A stretch of DNA of 64,000 bases, taken from positions 31,000,001-31,064,000 of the forward strand of contig NC_135668.1 of assembly GCF_964188315.1 (NCBI RefSeq), read 5' to 3'. This DNA is from Podarcis muralis. Its lineage: Eukaryota. This document shows positions 47,901-56,959 of the stretch, piece after piece. Position numbers and translations under genes: made by a program. The notes below the pieces were generated by a model. That model had not been told where the DNA came from, ran no database searches, and saw only the letters and a list, made by a program, of their open reading frames with translations. Position 1 is the stretch's first letter. Each line of letters opens with the position of its first letter.

Positions 47901-49327
47901 TCTGCCATTCTTCATTCACTGCCGATCTTAATATGAGACAAGACTCCTCAGAGCTCACCCCTGGAACAGAAGGGAATCTACAGTTATCACAATTGGCACT
48001 CTGCTTCTGCTCAGAGGTTTCCTTTCCGCCAGCCTATACGTAGAAAGAAAAAAATCATCTATGCCAAGTACTGATAGAGGCATCTTTAGTTGCACGAGGG
48101 GATGACTTGAACTAGGAATGAAACAAAGGTATCACTTTTCCACCGCCAGATCTCAGCACCTGCACCTGTACCTGTGAAGTTGGAATACTCCACCTCTGGA
48201 AGCCACCACAAATCATTAACACACTGCCATGATGCCAGTGAGGGAGCTTCCTAAGAACAACCAATGCACCTCCCTGCCCCAAAGAGCTTACAGTCTAAAT
48301 GTCAGGTCTAACCCAAGGGAATGACACCTTTGCCAAGAGTACCCAGGTCACAGCCTTCCAAGCAAGCAGGACATCTGATGATTATTTTTAGGTGCTGCAG
48401 GTCTTGATGCACCCGCCCTGCTGCTGCTCTTGGTGCCTCTGAACAGGGGACCATGGCCAGATTAGATGCTTCCCCTGCGGAGTGGCTGCTAGGAGCCGGC
48501 AGAGGAGAGGGAGAGCCCCTCACCTTGAACTCCCGGCTGTGCTGCGGCGTATACTCGAGCGTCCAGAGGGCCCGCACTAGGTGCGACAGCTGCTCCGTCA
48601 CCTCGCCCTTGCAGTTGTCCGGGGCGGGCTCCGGCGGGCGGGCGGGAGCCACGGCTGGCACGTCCCTCTCGCCGCCGCCGCCCTCCTCTTCCTCCTCCTC
48701 CTCTCCGCCGGCGCCTCTGCCTCCGTCCCCGGCTTCTGCGGCGTTGGCGGCGCGGTACTGCTCGAGGGCGAGGTACTCGGCGAAGAGCTCGGTGTTGCTG
48801 AGGCACTGCAGGATGGCGTTCATGAAGCACGTGTTGCCGTGGTTGCGCAGCCCCGCCACGCCGGGCACGGCCGGCAGCAGCAGCGACCCCGCCGAGGAGC
48901 CCGGTGGCGGCGGCGGCGGCGGCGAGATCAGCTCCTGGGTCGCGGGAGGCTGCGGAGGCGGCGGCGGCGACGGGGGAGGCGGCGGCTCGGGCTCCGGGCT
49001 GGGCTGGAAGCAGCGGCCCAGGCTGCTGCCGCCGGGGGGGTGTCCGTGGCGGGCGGTGGTGGCGGCGGGCCCGTGCTCGGTGCCCAGGTGGGAGAGCGTC
49101 GAGAGCGTCTTCAGCACGCGGCTCATGAATCCGCCCAGCGACCTGGAGGAGGAGGAGCCCGAGCCCCCAGTGCCGGACCCGCCGCCGCCGCCCACCCGGC
49201 CCCGGAAGAGCAGCCGCTTGCTGAAGGAGCGCTTCTCCTTGGCCGCCGCCGCCACCACCACCGGCGAAGCGGCGGCGGGCAGCACCGGGGCCGCCACCGC
49301 CGCAGCGCCACTCGCCCGGCCCGACAT
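16350..49327 (-). CDS. USP31: Ubiquitin carboxyl-terminal hydrolase 31, spliced CDS of 16 exons, 4236 nt / 1411 aa: complement(join(16350..17923,19061..19213,19693..19851,20260..20485,20818..20937,21598..21727,22374..22451,23073..23167,23620..23731,26050..26236,26560..26704,27092..27227,28095..28187,28863..28951,29372..29506,48524..49327))
   Basis: USP Cys box GLRNHGNTCFMNAILQCL, QHDAQEFLLWLLD, and His box YAVCNHHGTMQGGHYTAYC...WYCFDD. The N-terminus (KEKRSFSKRL, FMSRVLKTLSTLSHL) and Ser-rich C-terminus match USP31 as I recall it, not its paralogue USP43. All 15 introns are GT-AG with compatible phases. Confidence 0.96.
19061..19213 (-). CDS. USP31: USP31 exon 15 (GSTSSSLCEHWVSRLPG...GERSEDD)
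   Basis: ccacag| acceptor, |gtgagt donor, 153 nt. Confidence 0.95.
19240..19520 (+). mobile_element. CR1 3' fragment in USP31 intron 14
   Basis: agaactagggg...RFSTNKRNNFFFTRHITKLWNFLPQ...ATNLDAFK motif. Confidence 0.8.
19693..19851 (-). CDS. USP31: USP31 exon 14 (AYCKNSIDGLWYCFDDSEVQQLAENEVCKQTAYILFYQRRTAIPSWSANSSVA)
   Basis: Catalytic Asp motif WYCFDD and AYILFY; 159 nt. Confidence 0.97.
20260..20485 (-). CDS. USP31: USP31 exon 13 (EGDRRMKLQNMVRFP...HHGTMQGGHYT)
   Basis: His box; caacag| acceptor, |gtgact donor, 226 nt. Confidence 0.97.
20818..20937 (-). CDS. USP31: USP31 exon 12 (LAPDDAWRCPHCKQLQQGSITLSLWTLPDVLIIHLKRFRQ)
   Basis: Second CxxC and LPDVLIIHLKRF motif; tgttag| acceptor, |gtgaaa donor, 120 nt. 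Confidence 0.96.
21379..21563 (+). mobile_element. Squam2-type SINE in intron 11
   Basis: tRNA-like head (cagtagagcacc...caggttcaatc) plus cctgcctgaaaccctgga body. Confidence 0.75.
21598..21727 (-). CDS. USP31: USP31 exon 11 (LFVNTEDEYIPDAESVRQQRELHHQPQSCTLSQCFQLYTKEEQ)
   Basis: ttgcag| acceptor, |gtgaga donor, 130 nt. Confidence 0.96.
22374..22451 (-). CDS. USP31: USP31 exon 10 (ALKSCGQGGTPHVKLVVEWDKETKDY)
   Basis: Translated by hand; ctgcag| acceptor, |gtaagc donor, 78 nt. Confidence 0.95.
22734..22851 (+). mobile_element. SINE with tRNA-Lys-like head and CR1 3' tail
   Basis: ggtagagcatgagact...gggttcgagccccacgttgggc matches the tRNA-Lys 3' two-thirds; followed by gactagatgacc...ttccaactctacaattctatgattct. 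Confidence 0.8.
23073..23167 (-). CDS. USP31: USP31 exon 9 (VCPFSLRVVSAVGITYLLPQEERPLCHLMVER)
   Basis: Translated by hand (not in the ORF track); atgtag| acceptor, |gtgagt donor, 95 nt. Confidence 0.95.
23620..23731 (-). CDS. USP31: USP31 exon 8 (FGQPFVLHLEKTIPWDLLQKEILEKMQYYLRPSACVQ)
   Basis: ctgcag| acceptor, |gtaagg donor, 112 nt. Confidence 0.96.
24330..25597 (+). mobile_element. 5'-truncated degraded L1 (ORF2 C-terminus plus 3' UTR) inserted into a CR1 fragment in intron 7
   Basis: PNC*RG...YHLWWECQLAKDFW zinc-knuckle remnant; A-rich tail; 16-bp TSD aaaca(g/a)tttagggctt at 24314-24329 / 25598-25613. Confidence 0.85.
25223..25467. mobile_element. hAT (Charlie-like) MITE nested in the L1
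   Basis: caggggtcagcaaa...tttgcctacccgtg TIRs; 8-bp TSD TTTTAAC(T/C); same family as 55288. Confidence 0.88.
26050..26236 (-). CDS. USP31: USP31 exon 7 (GIHVNSNLNHLKYG...CNRACTGQQGKR)
   Basis: tttcag| acceptor, |gtaacc donor, 187 nt. Confidence 0.95.
26560..26704 (-). CDS. USP31: USP31 exon 6 (IVLTEMYYDGFHRSF...EGILSQR)
   Basis: ctacag| acceptor, |gtacat donor, 145 nt. Confidence 0.96.
27092..27227 (-). CDS. USP31: USP31 exon 5 (PLYITVVYRGKCSHCMRIG...KIPTKQ)
   Basis: ctgcag| acceptor, |gtgaat donor, 136 nt. Confidence 0.96.
28095..28187 (-). CDS. USP31: USP31 exon 4 (SSLTCPHCQKQSNTFDPFLCISLPIPLPHTR)
   Basis: Zinc-ribbon CxxC; AG/GT boundaries, 93 nt. Confidence 0.96.
28863..28951 (-). CDS. 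USP31: USP31 exon 3 (PPLEDEVLIEGPAFPINSTFVQELFQAQYR)
   Basis: ttccag| acceptor, |gtatgg donor, 89 nt. Confidence 0.95.
29372..29506 (-). CDS. USP31: USP31 exon 2 (SIVSKNAMQYRGSSQHDAQEFLLWLLDRVHEDLNNIVKNNGRPLK)
   Basis: ccacag| acceptor, |gtgagg donor, 135 nt. Confidence 0.96.
30423..30510 (+). pseudogene. 5S rRNA pseudogene or 5S-derived SINE head (3'-truncated)
   Basis: gtctacagccatac...gaagctaagcagggtcaggcctggttagtacttgggagacc aligns to 5S nt 1-~92, with CpG-type transitions and a 4-nt deletion in box C. Confidence 0.9.
31662..32024 (+). mobile_element. Sauria SINE, full length
   Basis: gggacgtgggtggc head, B box ggttcgaatcc, (ACCTTT)n tail; 13-bp TSD tatgtttcctgaa. Confidence 0.96.
33236..33586 (-). 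mobile_element. Sauria SINE, nearly full length
   Basis: Reverse complement of the same consensus; aaaggtaaag tail. Confidence 0.95.
35175..35543 (-). mobile_element. Sauria SINE, full length, young
   Basis: Intact head and tail; perfect 13-bp TSD AGGGCCCAACCTA (35162-35174 / 35544-35556). Confidence 0.97.
35800..36100 (+). mobile_element. L2/CR1-clade reverse transcriptase fragment
   Basis: FHQYTDDTKLY...ANKLKFNLDKME (YADD domain). Confidence 0.85.
36308..36555. mobile_element. Tigger/pogo-like MITE
   Basis: TA|cagttgtaccttggtt...aaccaaggtacca. Confidence 0.7.
36690..38425 (+). mobile_element. Degraded DNA-transposon transposase of a divergent hAT-related family (hATm/hATx-like)
   Basis: Frameshifted motifs IFFDGQEDTTK, CSEPGGRYLYHF, DSTSLNTGLEG...KLGCKLIGLVCALHTNKLP, DLSTDQ, PCWFNIKVK...SALYAF; the subfamily name is from recall. 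Confidence 0.7.
38425..38485 (-). mobile_element. tRNA-Ile-like SINE head
   Basis: Minus strand gatagctcagccggtt...gctgataagaccaaggttgcaagttcgatc; same family as 60829. Confidence 0.65.
40639..40880. mobile_element. Tigger/pogo-like MITE
   Basis: TA|cagtagtatctcggg...ctgaggtaccactg|TA. Confidence 0.9.
47440..47720 (+). mobile_element. CR1 3' fragment
   Basis: gagggactagaaatgatggg...gaggcatttaagcagtggatggccacc...ccaactcttatgatcct. Confidence 0.7.
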
Positions 49328-49880
49328 GGCGCCCTCTCCCCCCGGGCCTACCACCGCCTCATCCCCGCCGCCGCAGCCCAGCCTCCGCGCCTGGGAGCTT
49401 CACCGGCGGCACAGCCGTGCAGGAGCCGGTGCTGCTCCTCCTCCTCTTGCTGCTGCTGCTGCTCAGGCTGAGGCGGCGGCGGGCGGGGCGGAGTCCGCGC
49501 GGCGAGACGGGCACGCAGGAAGCCGGCGCCGCCATGCTGGTTGCGGGCAACCGCGGGACCAGCCGACCTACCCTACTCGCGGCCGCCGCCATCTTTGGTC
49601 CTGGCAAAGGCCTCTTTTCCCCCTCCTCCGTCTCCCTCAGTGAAGAAGAGAGGCAAATAGCGTAAAGGGGCGGCGGCGGCTTCTTCGGCCACTCTTGCCA
49701 GCCGGGCAGCTTTCAATGCGGCCCAGTTCCCCTCGGCGCTGGCTCGCGAAGGCCCAGGCCCGAGCCTGCTTCCTCTTGCTCGGCTCCTCGGGACTTCCCG
49801 CCAAAACCTCCGTCACCTCTGGGGGCTCACAGGGAAGCCAGGAGTTGCCTTTTCTCCACAGAGACGGAATTATCGTGGCC
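48480..49880 (-). promoter_or_regulatory. USP31 CpG island / promoter with YY1 motif
   Basis: Very GC- and CpG-rich across exon 1; GCCGCCATCTTT (YY1 consensus CCGCCATNTT) at ~49585-49596. Confidence 0.85.
48524..49327 (-). CDS. USP31: USP31 coding exon 1 (MSGRASG...HSREFK, 268 codons)
   Basis: ATG at 49327; contains the Cys box; donor AAG|GTGAGG at 48523. Confidence 0.93.
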
Positions 49881-49914
49881 GTAAATAAATAAAGTAGCTA
49901 ACATGCAAACATTC

Positions 49915-52905
49915 TATCTCTCTTCTCTTTGGTGACCACTCGTAGCCGAATAAGATTGTCTTCCATAAACACGGTTTTAACAATGAATCCGTAAGTGACT
50001 GTGGAGGCCAATTCTGGTTCCACACGTCCTTCGACAGTGGGGACATTGGTTTCCAGTAGGGAGTTGAACAATGTGAGGATTTGCCAAGCGTGCCTTCCTC
50101 TTAGCACGTTTCTCCCTTGCGTCCTGAGTTTGAGTGTCTTCAAAGCCCATGACACCTTTGGTAAAGGCTGTTCTCCAATTGGAGTGCTCGTAGGCAAGTG
50201 TTTCCCAGTTGTAGTGTTTATACTACACTTTTTAAGATTTGCCTTGAGACAGTCTTTAAACCTCTTTTGTTGACCACCAGCATTACGCTTTCCATTTTTA
50301 AGTTCGGAATAGCGTAGTTGCTTTGGAAGACGATCATCAGGCATCCACAAAACATGACCAGTCCAACAAAGTTGATGTTGAAGAATAATTGCTTCAGAAC
50401 TTTACTTCTTCTAGTACGCTGATATTAGTTTGCCTGTCTTCCCAAGTGACGTGTAAAATTTTTCAGAGACACCGTTGATGGAATCTTTCGAGGAGTTGGA
50501 GATGGCGTTTATAAGTGGTCCATGTTTCACAAGCATATAGTAAGGTTGGCAGTACAATGGCTTTGTAAACAAAGCTTTGTGAATGTCCCGGTCCTCAAAC
50601 ACTCTGCACTTCAATCGGGAGAAAGTTGCACTCGCAGAGCTCAGGCGATGGTGGATTTCGGCATCAATGTTGGCCCTTGTGGAAAGATATCTGCCTAGGT
50701 AGGAGAAGTGATTGACATTTTCCAACGTTACACCATCGAGTTAGATTTGTGGCACTGCAGAGGGGTTATTTTGTACTTGTTGGTGCAGCACTTTGGTTTT
50801 TTGGATGTTGAGTGATAGGCCAAGCTTTTCGTAAGCTTCTGCAAAGATATTTAGGATGGTTTGGAGGTCATCCTCTGAGCGTGCACACACTATGTTGTCA
50901 TCAGCATACTGAAGCTCTATGACGGAAGTTACAATAACCTTACTCTTTGCTTTCAGCCTGCTCAGACTGAAGAGCTTTCCATCTGTTCAATATATGATTT
51001 CTACTGCGGTGGGGAGTTTCCCTTTGACAAAGCGTAGGATCATGGAGTGAAAATAATAAATAGAGGGACTTCCGGGTTGGCGCCATCGCCGAATGACGGA
51101 CTCCCTCCGAGCTCCGGAGGGAGCCTGCTCGGCAGGGGCTGGGTCCTACCGCGCCGGCGACGCGGGGACCCTCAAAAACCACGGCCACGGAGGCCGTGGA
51201 CATGGGTGACTCGGCTGGCACCGTTAGCGCCCTCCCGACTCGTGAAGGAGCCTTTTTAAAGGCTACGGATCGGGTGCCGGGGAGCGGTGTGGTGCTTTGA
51301 GTCCTCTGCTTTCCCTGCCGAGCGAAGCCGCATGCCATCCGGCGGAGAGCGCTGACTTCTTCCATTGAAAATTCGGACTTTTAACAACAACCCGTGAGTA
51401 ATTTGGAAACTGGGTTTAAAAGGAGAAAAAAAGAAATTTTTTTCGGATTTGGCACGAGCGGGGGGGCATCCAAAAAGGAAGTCAGTCCCCCTCCCTACTG
51501 TAAACACTTTAAAACAAGGACTGAGTAACCAAGGTCCAGAAAGAAGTCTATTTCGGACAAAAATTGAGAATTCCACGATGGAAAACTACAAGAACTGTGC
51601 TGGAGGAGAAGAGTGGAGGGAGAAGGAAAATGTAACACCCCCCCCCCCCCGGGAACCGGGGCGATTCGCGAGAGAGCCTGGTGAAAAGAGACGGAGGCCT
51701 TGACAGCTGTCAAAGTAGCTGTCAAAGTCGGAAAACTTAAAGAGGACTTTGTTACGAGGGCTTTGCTAGTTAATTTCGTTACAATTTGCCACGATTTGGA
51801 TATAAAATGTCGAAAATATGGAACAACAATCGGACTTTTGGATCAGAGGAAACAAAGTTACCATAATCCCCCTAGAGGGGTTTCGGGACATTACAAAGAT
51901 GGTCGCAAGTGGAAAAATACTCTTGGAATTTTACAGGACTTGTTATCTCTTGGGAAAGCTGCAAAACTGAATTAGTATTTTGTCTACAGGGGTGTTTATA
52001 TTAAAGGAGACAATAGAACTTTTCTATTGAAGAAAGGAAGGGACTGAACGTAAGTTTTTGTTCCTGAACAACAACAACTCCTGTAGAATTACTAAATTTC
52101 TGAATTAGGACGTTTTAGCAACGGAACAAGACAAGAAACTGGACTACAACATGGAAAGAACAATGGGGGAGCTTTAAATGACTAAAGAAATTAAAGGCCC
52201 TTAGGGGCCATTTTTGGACTGGAAATTTGAAATTAAATATTATAAAAATAACTTTTAAAAAAACTGGCAAGGAATTGAGGGAAAATCTGATTATGGATCC
52301 AAGATCTTCAGGCAGACAACAGACAGACTGATGGACATGGGGAATCTAAACCGGGGAAGGGGGGGGGAGATTTAGAATCCAAAGGCTGTGTAACTATTTT
52401 CTGAACTTTTTTTTATATACACTTCTTATCTTTTTTATCTTTAGATAGTTTTTTATATTTTGTTGGGGCGATTCTATTTAAAAAAAAGGGAATTCGTGGA
52501 AGGAAAATGGGGTGGACCCTGGGGAGAGAATTTTTGATCTTTATTTAAGGCAATGATGATGACTGTATAAAATTAAATTTGAATATGGGGTTAAACAAAT
52601 TAAGTTCTAAATTGGGAGTGAGAGCTTGTAGAATCAACGTTATGAAAGGGGAATATGGTAGGGATGGGGGAGGGGGGAGTCCCAGAAAGTGGGTAATGAA
52701 AATAAGGTTTTAAAGATATTCCATTTTTGTTTTATATTTACTTTTTGTATTTTGGAAACTTTAATAAATATGATTTATAAAAAAAAAGAAAATAATAAAT
52801 AGAGTTGGGGCAATAACACAACCCTGTTTAACACCTGATCCCACTGAGTAGTTCACTTTAAGAGCCATTGTTATCTGTGATTGTTGCTGTCATACTAGAT
52901 TGCTA
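49915..52905 (-). mobile_element. RTE-clade LINE (not BovB) 3' portion, split by an L1-type insertion
   Basis: RT motifs GVKQGCVIAPTLFIIF and LQYADD; MENVNHFSYLG; DDRLPKQLRYSELKNGKRNAGGQQKRFKD; frame continues across the TSD. Confidence 0.9.
51066..52787 (+). mobile_element. 1.72-kb non-coding L1-mobilised retroelement (full length)
   Basis: 17-bp TSD gaaaataataaatagag (51049-51065 / 52788-52804); CpG-rich 5' end; AATAAA at 52763 plus poly(A); no ORF above ~90 aa. Confidence 0.85.
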
Positions 52906-54185
52906 CACCCGCCCTTGCCCAGGGAGCTTTCCCTGAGCAAGGCGGGTGCAACCACTGCTTTTGTTGGAGGGCAAAAGCAGGTGTGCTACAGGGCCTGTCC
53001 TGCACCCCCCTAAACTAGCCAGCAGCCGTCAGGTATGCTGCTATCCTGTTGCCAGTGTTGAGTTCAAGTCCCTTCTCAATCCAGTTACCTTCTGAACTTG
53101 GGAGGGAGGTGCCATCTTGCCCTTTGCCTCCAGCAACAAAATGTCTTGGACCAGCCTCTACCAGCGAACACAGCAATCCCCCCGCACACGCACACACATT
53201 TGCAGCATCGCTTACTCCAGCAACATCAGTGCTCCTAGTTCTTCCCTATGGAGCAACACTTCCTTTACTGCAGAGCTTTGTGTGTCGCTACACGTTAGTG
53301 TGTCGGCTGCAGTGTGTAGGTGTGTTGTGCGAATGCTCCCCGCGCTCCTCCCGGGGCTGGAAAGAGGTTCATTTAACCTTCGGTTTGCTAGTAAAACTGA
53401 ATGGCTGTGTCGCAAAATGATGCACGTCTAAAAAGCGTGTCACCAACATGAGAAGTTTGGAAAGCTCTGCTTTACTGCTTGAAGGTTGTCTGATGTGTTC
53501 CTGTGATGCGCTGCTGTTTTGGAGATAAGCTTTGGCATCTTCAGCAGAGGCTGCTGCAAGGGTATGAAGACAAGCTGCAGCTTCACCTGACCTCAGTTAT
53601 GCCTTCAGTCTTTACAGATCTTGAATGTGCCCTCCTCCTGCTTTGCAACTGTAAAGGCATCGATGAACCACATGGGATCTATTAAAAACAAGAAGCAGAT
53701 GATTTGGGAGTGATCAGACTCCCACTGCTTTACAGTGTGTTATGTGGCTGGGTGGCACTGCTGAAGTTATCACATATATTTATGTATCAGTCAGTGGGTG
53801 GCTGTTGTTCACAGAGTCTGGTAGAGTTTAAGGAAGGAGGTCAACAGTAGGGGGAGCCAGAGCCAATGATTGAGTTCAGTGTAGAACTGCTGAGTTCTAC
53901 AAGGGCAGAACTGCGGCTACAGAGGAGGAACTTGATAGGCATTGCTACCCTCTGGACTGGTTGTAAGAAGGCAGGAAGGTAGGGCTGGGCAGGGCAGACC
54001 AAGGCTCACCCTAATGAACCACCCTCCAGTGGTATCTGCATATGTTAAACTGAAAGCCTCAAACATAGCAAATGTTAAATTCACATTTCAGAAGAGCAGC
54101 TGTGCTAGTCTGTTGCAACAAAAACAATAAAGAGTCTTGTAGCACTTAAAAACTAACAGTCCAAGATAGGTTTTGTGAATGGCAC

Positions 54186-54188
54186 TCA

Positions 54189-54234
<46 letters not shown>
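54186..54234 (+). repeat. (TC)n(AC)n compound microsatellite
   Basis: Seen directly. Confidence 0.95.
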
Positions 54235-54262
54235 AAATTCATTATTCAATCCTATGTTTTTC

Positions 54263-54583
54263 TTTTCTTTTTTTATAAAAATTTTATTAGGGTTTTTTAC
54301 ATTGCAAAATAGAAAAAGAAAAAAGAAAAAATACAAAATAAAAATAGTTAAAAACAATCAATCTTTTCATCACATTATTTTTCATTTACTTGTTTCCCGG
54401 ACCTCCTCATACCTCCCTTTTTTGTATTCCAATTCAATTTGTTAGCTCAGCAGTTTCTTTCCCTCTTTATTCTACCCTGATCTTTAATCTTAAGTTATTA
54501 TAACATTAAATTTTTTCTTATAAAAAACCATTTTTTCATATTCTTTTATACCATTACAGCTAGAAACCACTTAATTTCAATTG
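54263..54583 (-). mobile_element. 5'-truncated L1-type 3' UTR insertion (321 bp)
   Basis: 22-bp TSD attattcaatcctatgtttttc (54241-54262 / 54584-54605); T-run tail and AATAAA on the minus strand. Confidence 0.85.
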
Positions 54584-55287
54584 ATTATTCAATCCTATGT
54601 TTTTCAAACAATCGCCAGCATTTCAGAGTTTGCAGACATTCCCAGCATTTGCCTGAGGGCTGTTAACCTTCATGTGAATGTCAGCATTCACCATACCTCA
54701 TACAACCACAGTTATTGTAGGCTGAGAGAAAATATTAATGACACACTGCGCTGAATCATTTATTTGGAACATTTTTACCACCTTCTTCAGCCAAAAGAGG
54801 GGGGCCCTTGTTTTTATTCTATGCCTCATTGTAGAAACGCCTCACCATCAAATATATCTCTAATTATATAGTTCCAAAACTGTAGGATTGAGAACAATCC
54901 CTGCTGAGTATTCACATAGGTAAAGAAATCCCATAGTCCCCTTGTTTATGGACTACTTATGGACTTATTTGGATGGGAAATTCCCACGCTCTCCTCATCT
55001 ATCTTTCCATTCTAAATGTCCAATTGGCTATGCTTACTCCTGCTTGTTTGGTGGCATGTTCCATGGAATCAGTGGTTTCCTGTGCTTGGTTGCCTTTGGG
55101 AGGAGGTCACAAGAGATTTGTGATGTTTTGTAATATTTGAATTTGTCTACAAGTTGAGCATAGCTGGAGTTTTGAAGTGCCTAAGGTCCTCTGCTCCCAC
55201 ATTGGATTGATGCAGGGAAACAGCCAGCCCACTCAAATACAGTTTGCCTACAAACCCCAAGTCAGTTTTCTATGGGTCTCTCCAGAC

Positions 55288-55532
55288 CAGGGGTCAGCAA
55301 CCTTTTTCAGCCATGGGCCGGTCCACCGTCCCTCAGACCATGTGGTGGGCCGGATTTGGGGGGGGGGGGTGAACGAATTCCTATGCCCCACAAATAACCC
55401 AGAGATGCATTTTAAATAAAAGCGCACATTCTACTCATGTAAAAACACGCTGATTCCCGGACCGTCCGCTGGCCGGATTGAGAAGGCAATTGGGCCGCAT
55501 CCAGCCCCTGGGCCTTAGGCTGCCTACCCCTG
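55288..55532. mobile_element. hAT (Charlie-like) MITE
   Basis: caggggtcagcaa...tgcctacccctg TIRs; perfect 8-bp TSD CTCCAGAC. Confidence 0.93.
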
Positions 55533-56166
55533 CTCCAGACTCTTTTGTGGGGGCAGGGGAGTATTTTGTGACAAATCATTGATATAATCAATGTAAGCAC
55601 ATTACTGGTGGTTTATACTAGATCCTCCATTCTGCTTTATAATTTGCTTTCCCCAATGTTACCATATTATTGCCATTATTGCCAACTTCTGCACTATCCT
55701 GCAACAAAAGCAAGGGACAGGAATAAACCCCAAACCCAGAATATTTATGGGATGAAAAATGTTTGTTTCTTCTTCTGACAATTTTCTTGGTCTACTCTGA
55801 AGTGATGCTTTTGACCTTTGAAACCTTAAATGGTTTGGACCAAATTATTCAAAGGTCCATCTCACCTCTACCTTGCCTCACTTGCCTATCTCTGAGAGCA
55901 TATAGGTTAGGCAGGAGGGAGACAGGGGACCATGTTGCTTCAAGGGGCTGATAGGAGTTGTAGTCCAAAACAGCTGGAGGGCACCAGGCTGGCAGGGGTG
56001 GTAAAGACTCCCTTCTTTTCACTGGCTTTTTCCTGAGTTTGATCTTCTTTTCAATTGTTGATTGGCTTTGGCTGTAGTTATGTATTGGATTGTCTTTTTC
56101 AAGGAGGGTGGATGTTTCCTTTCATTCTTTTGGCTTTTCTTACTGATATATTTCTGCAGTTGTATT

Positions 56167-56730
56167 GTTGTTGTTTAGTCGTTTAGTCGTGTCTGACTCT
56201 TCGTGACCCCATGGACCAGAGCACGCCAGGCACTCCTGTCTTCCACTACCTCCCACAGTTTGGTCAACTCATGCTGGAAGCTTCGAGAACACTGTCCAAC
56301 CATCTCGTCCTCTGTCGTCCCCTTCTCCTTGTGCCCTCAATCTTTCCAAACATCAGGGTCTTTTCCAGGGAGTCTTCTCTTCTCATGAGGTGGCCAAAGT
56401 ATTGGAGCCTCAGCTTCACGATCTGTCCTTCCAGTGAGCACTCAGGGCTGATTTCCTTCAGAATGGATAGGTTTTATCTTCTTGCAGTCCATGGGACTCT
56501 CAAGAGGTCTCCTCCAGCACCATAATTCAAAAGCATCAATTCTTCAGCGATTAGCCTTCTTTATGGTCCAGCTCTCACTTCCATATATCACTACTGGGAA
56601 AACCATAGCTTTCACTATACGGACCTTTGTTGGCAAGGTGATGTCTCTGCTTTTTAAGATGCTGTCTAGGTTTGTCATTGCTTTTCTCCCAAGAAGCAGG
56701 CGTCTTTTAATTTCGTGGCTGCTGTCACCA
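56167..56730 (-). mobile_element. BovB 5'-truncated copy
   Basis: (TTG)n tail; EIKRRLLLGRKAMTNLDSILKSRDITLPTKVRIVKAMVFP; 14-bp TSD tctgcagttgtatt (56153-56166 / 56731-56744). Confidence 0.95.
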
Positions 56731-56959
56731 TCTGCAGTTGTATTATATAGCTTCAAACTATGTAACATCCCCTGGGGTTCCACCCTTAAGGAAGGGCTAA
56801 ATGTATTTTAAATAACTACATAACCATGAAGCAAATCAGTGCAGCATAATATAAAGCTGCTGCTCCACTTTGACGATATGGATCAAGACTTTCTTTCTTT
56901 CCTTCTTTCAAACAAACAAACAAACACCATAATCCTTTCTTTCTGTTCCACTGCTGGAC

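Noticed and set aside
48308-49354. Upstream GTG start and read-through tail of the 348-aa ORF
   Set aside because: The ATG at 49327 fits the homologous N-terminus, and the sequence after FK is intron (GTGAGG donor).
48453-49643. 396-aa and 296-aa plus-strand ORFs
   Set aside because: Antisense shadows of the GC-rich USP31 exon 1; low complexity and no recognisable domain.
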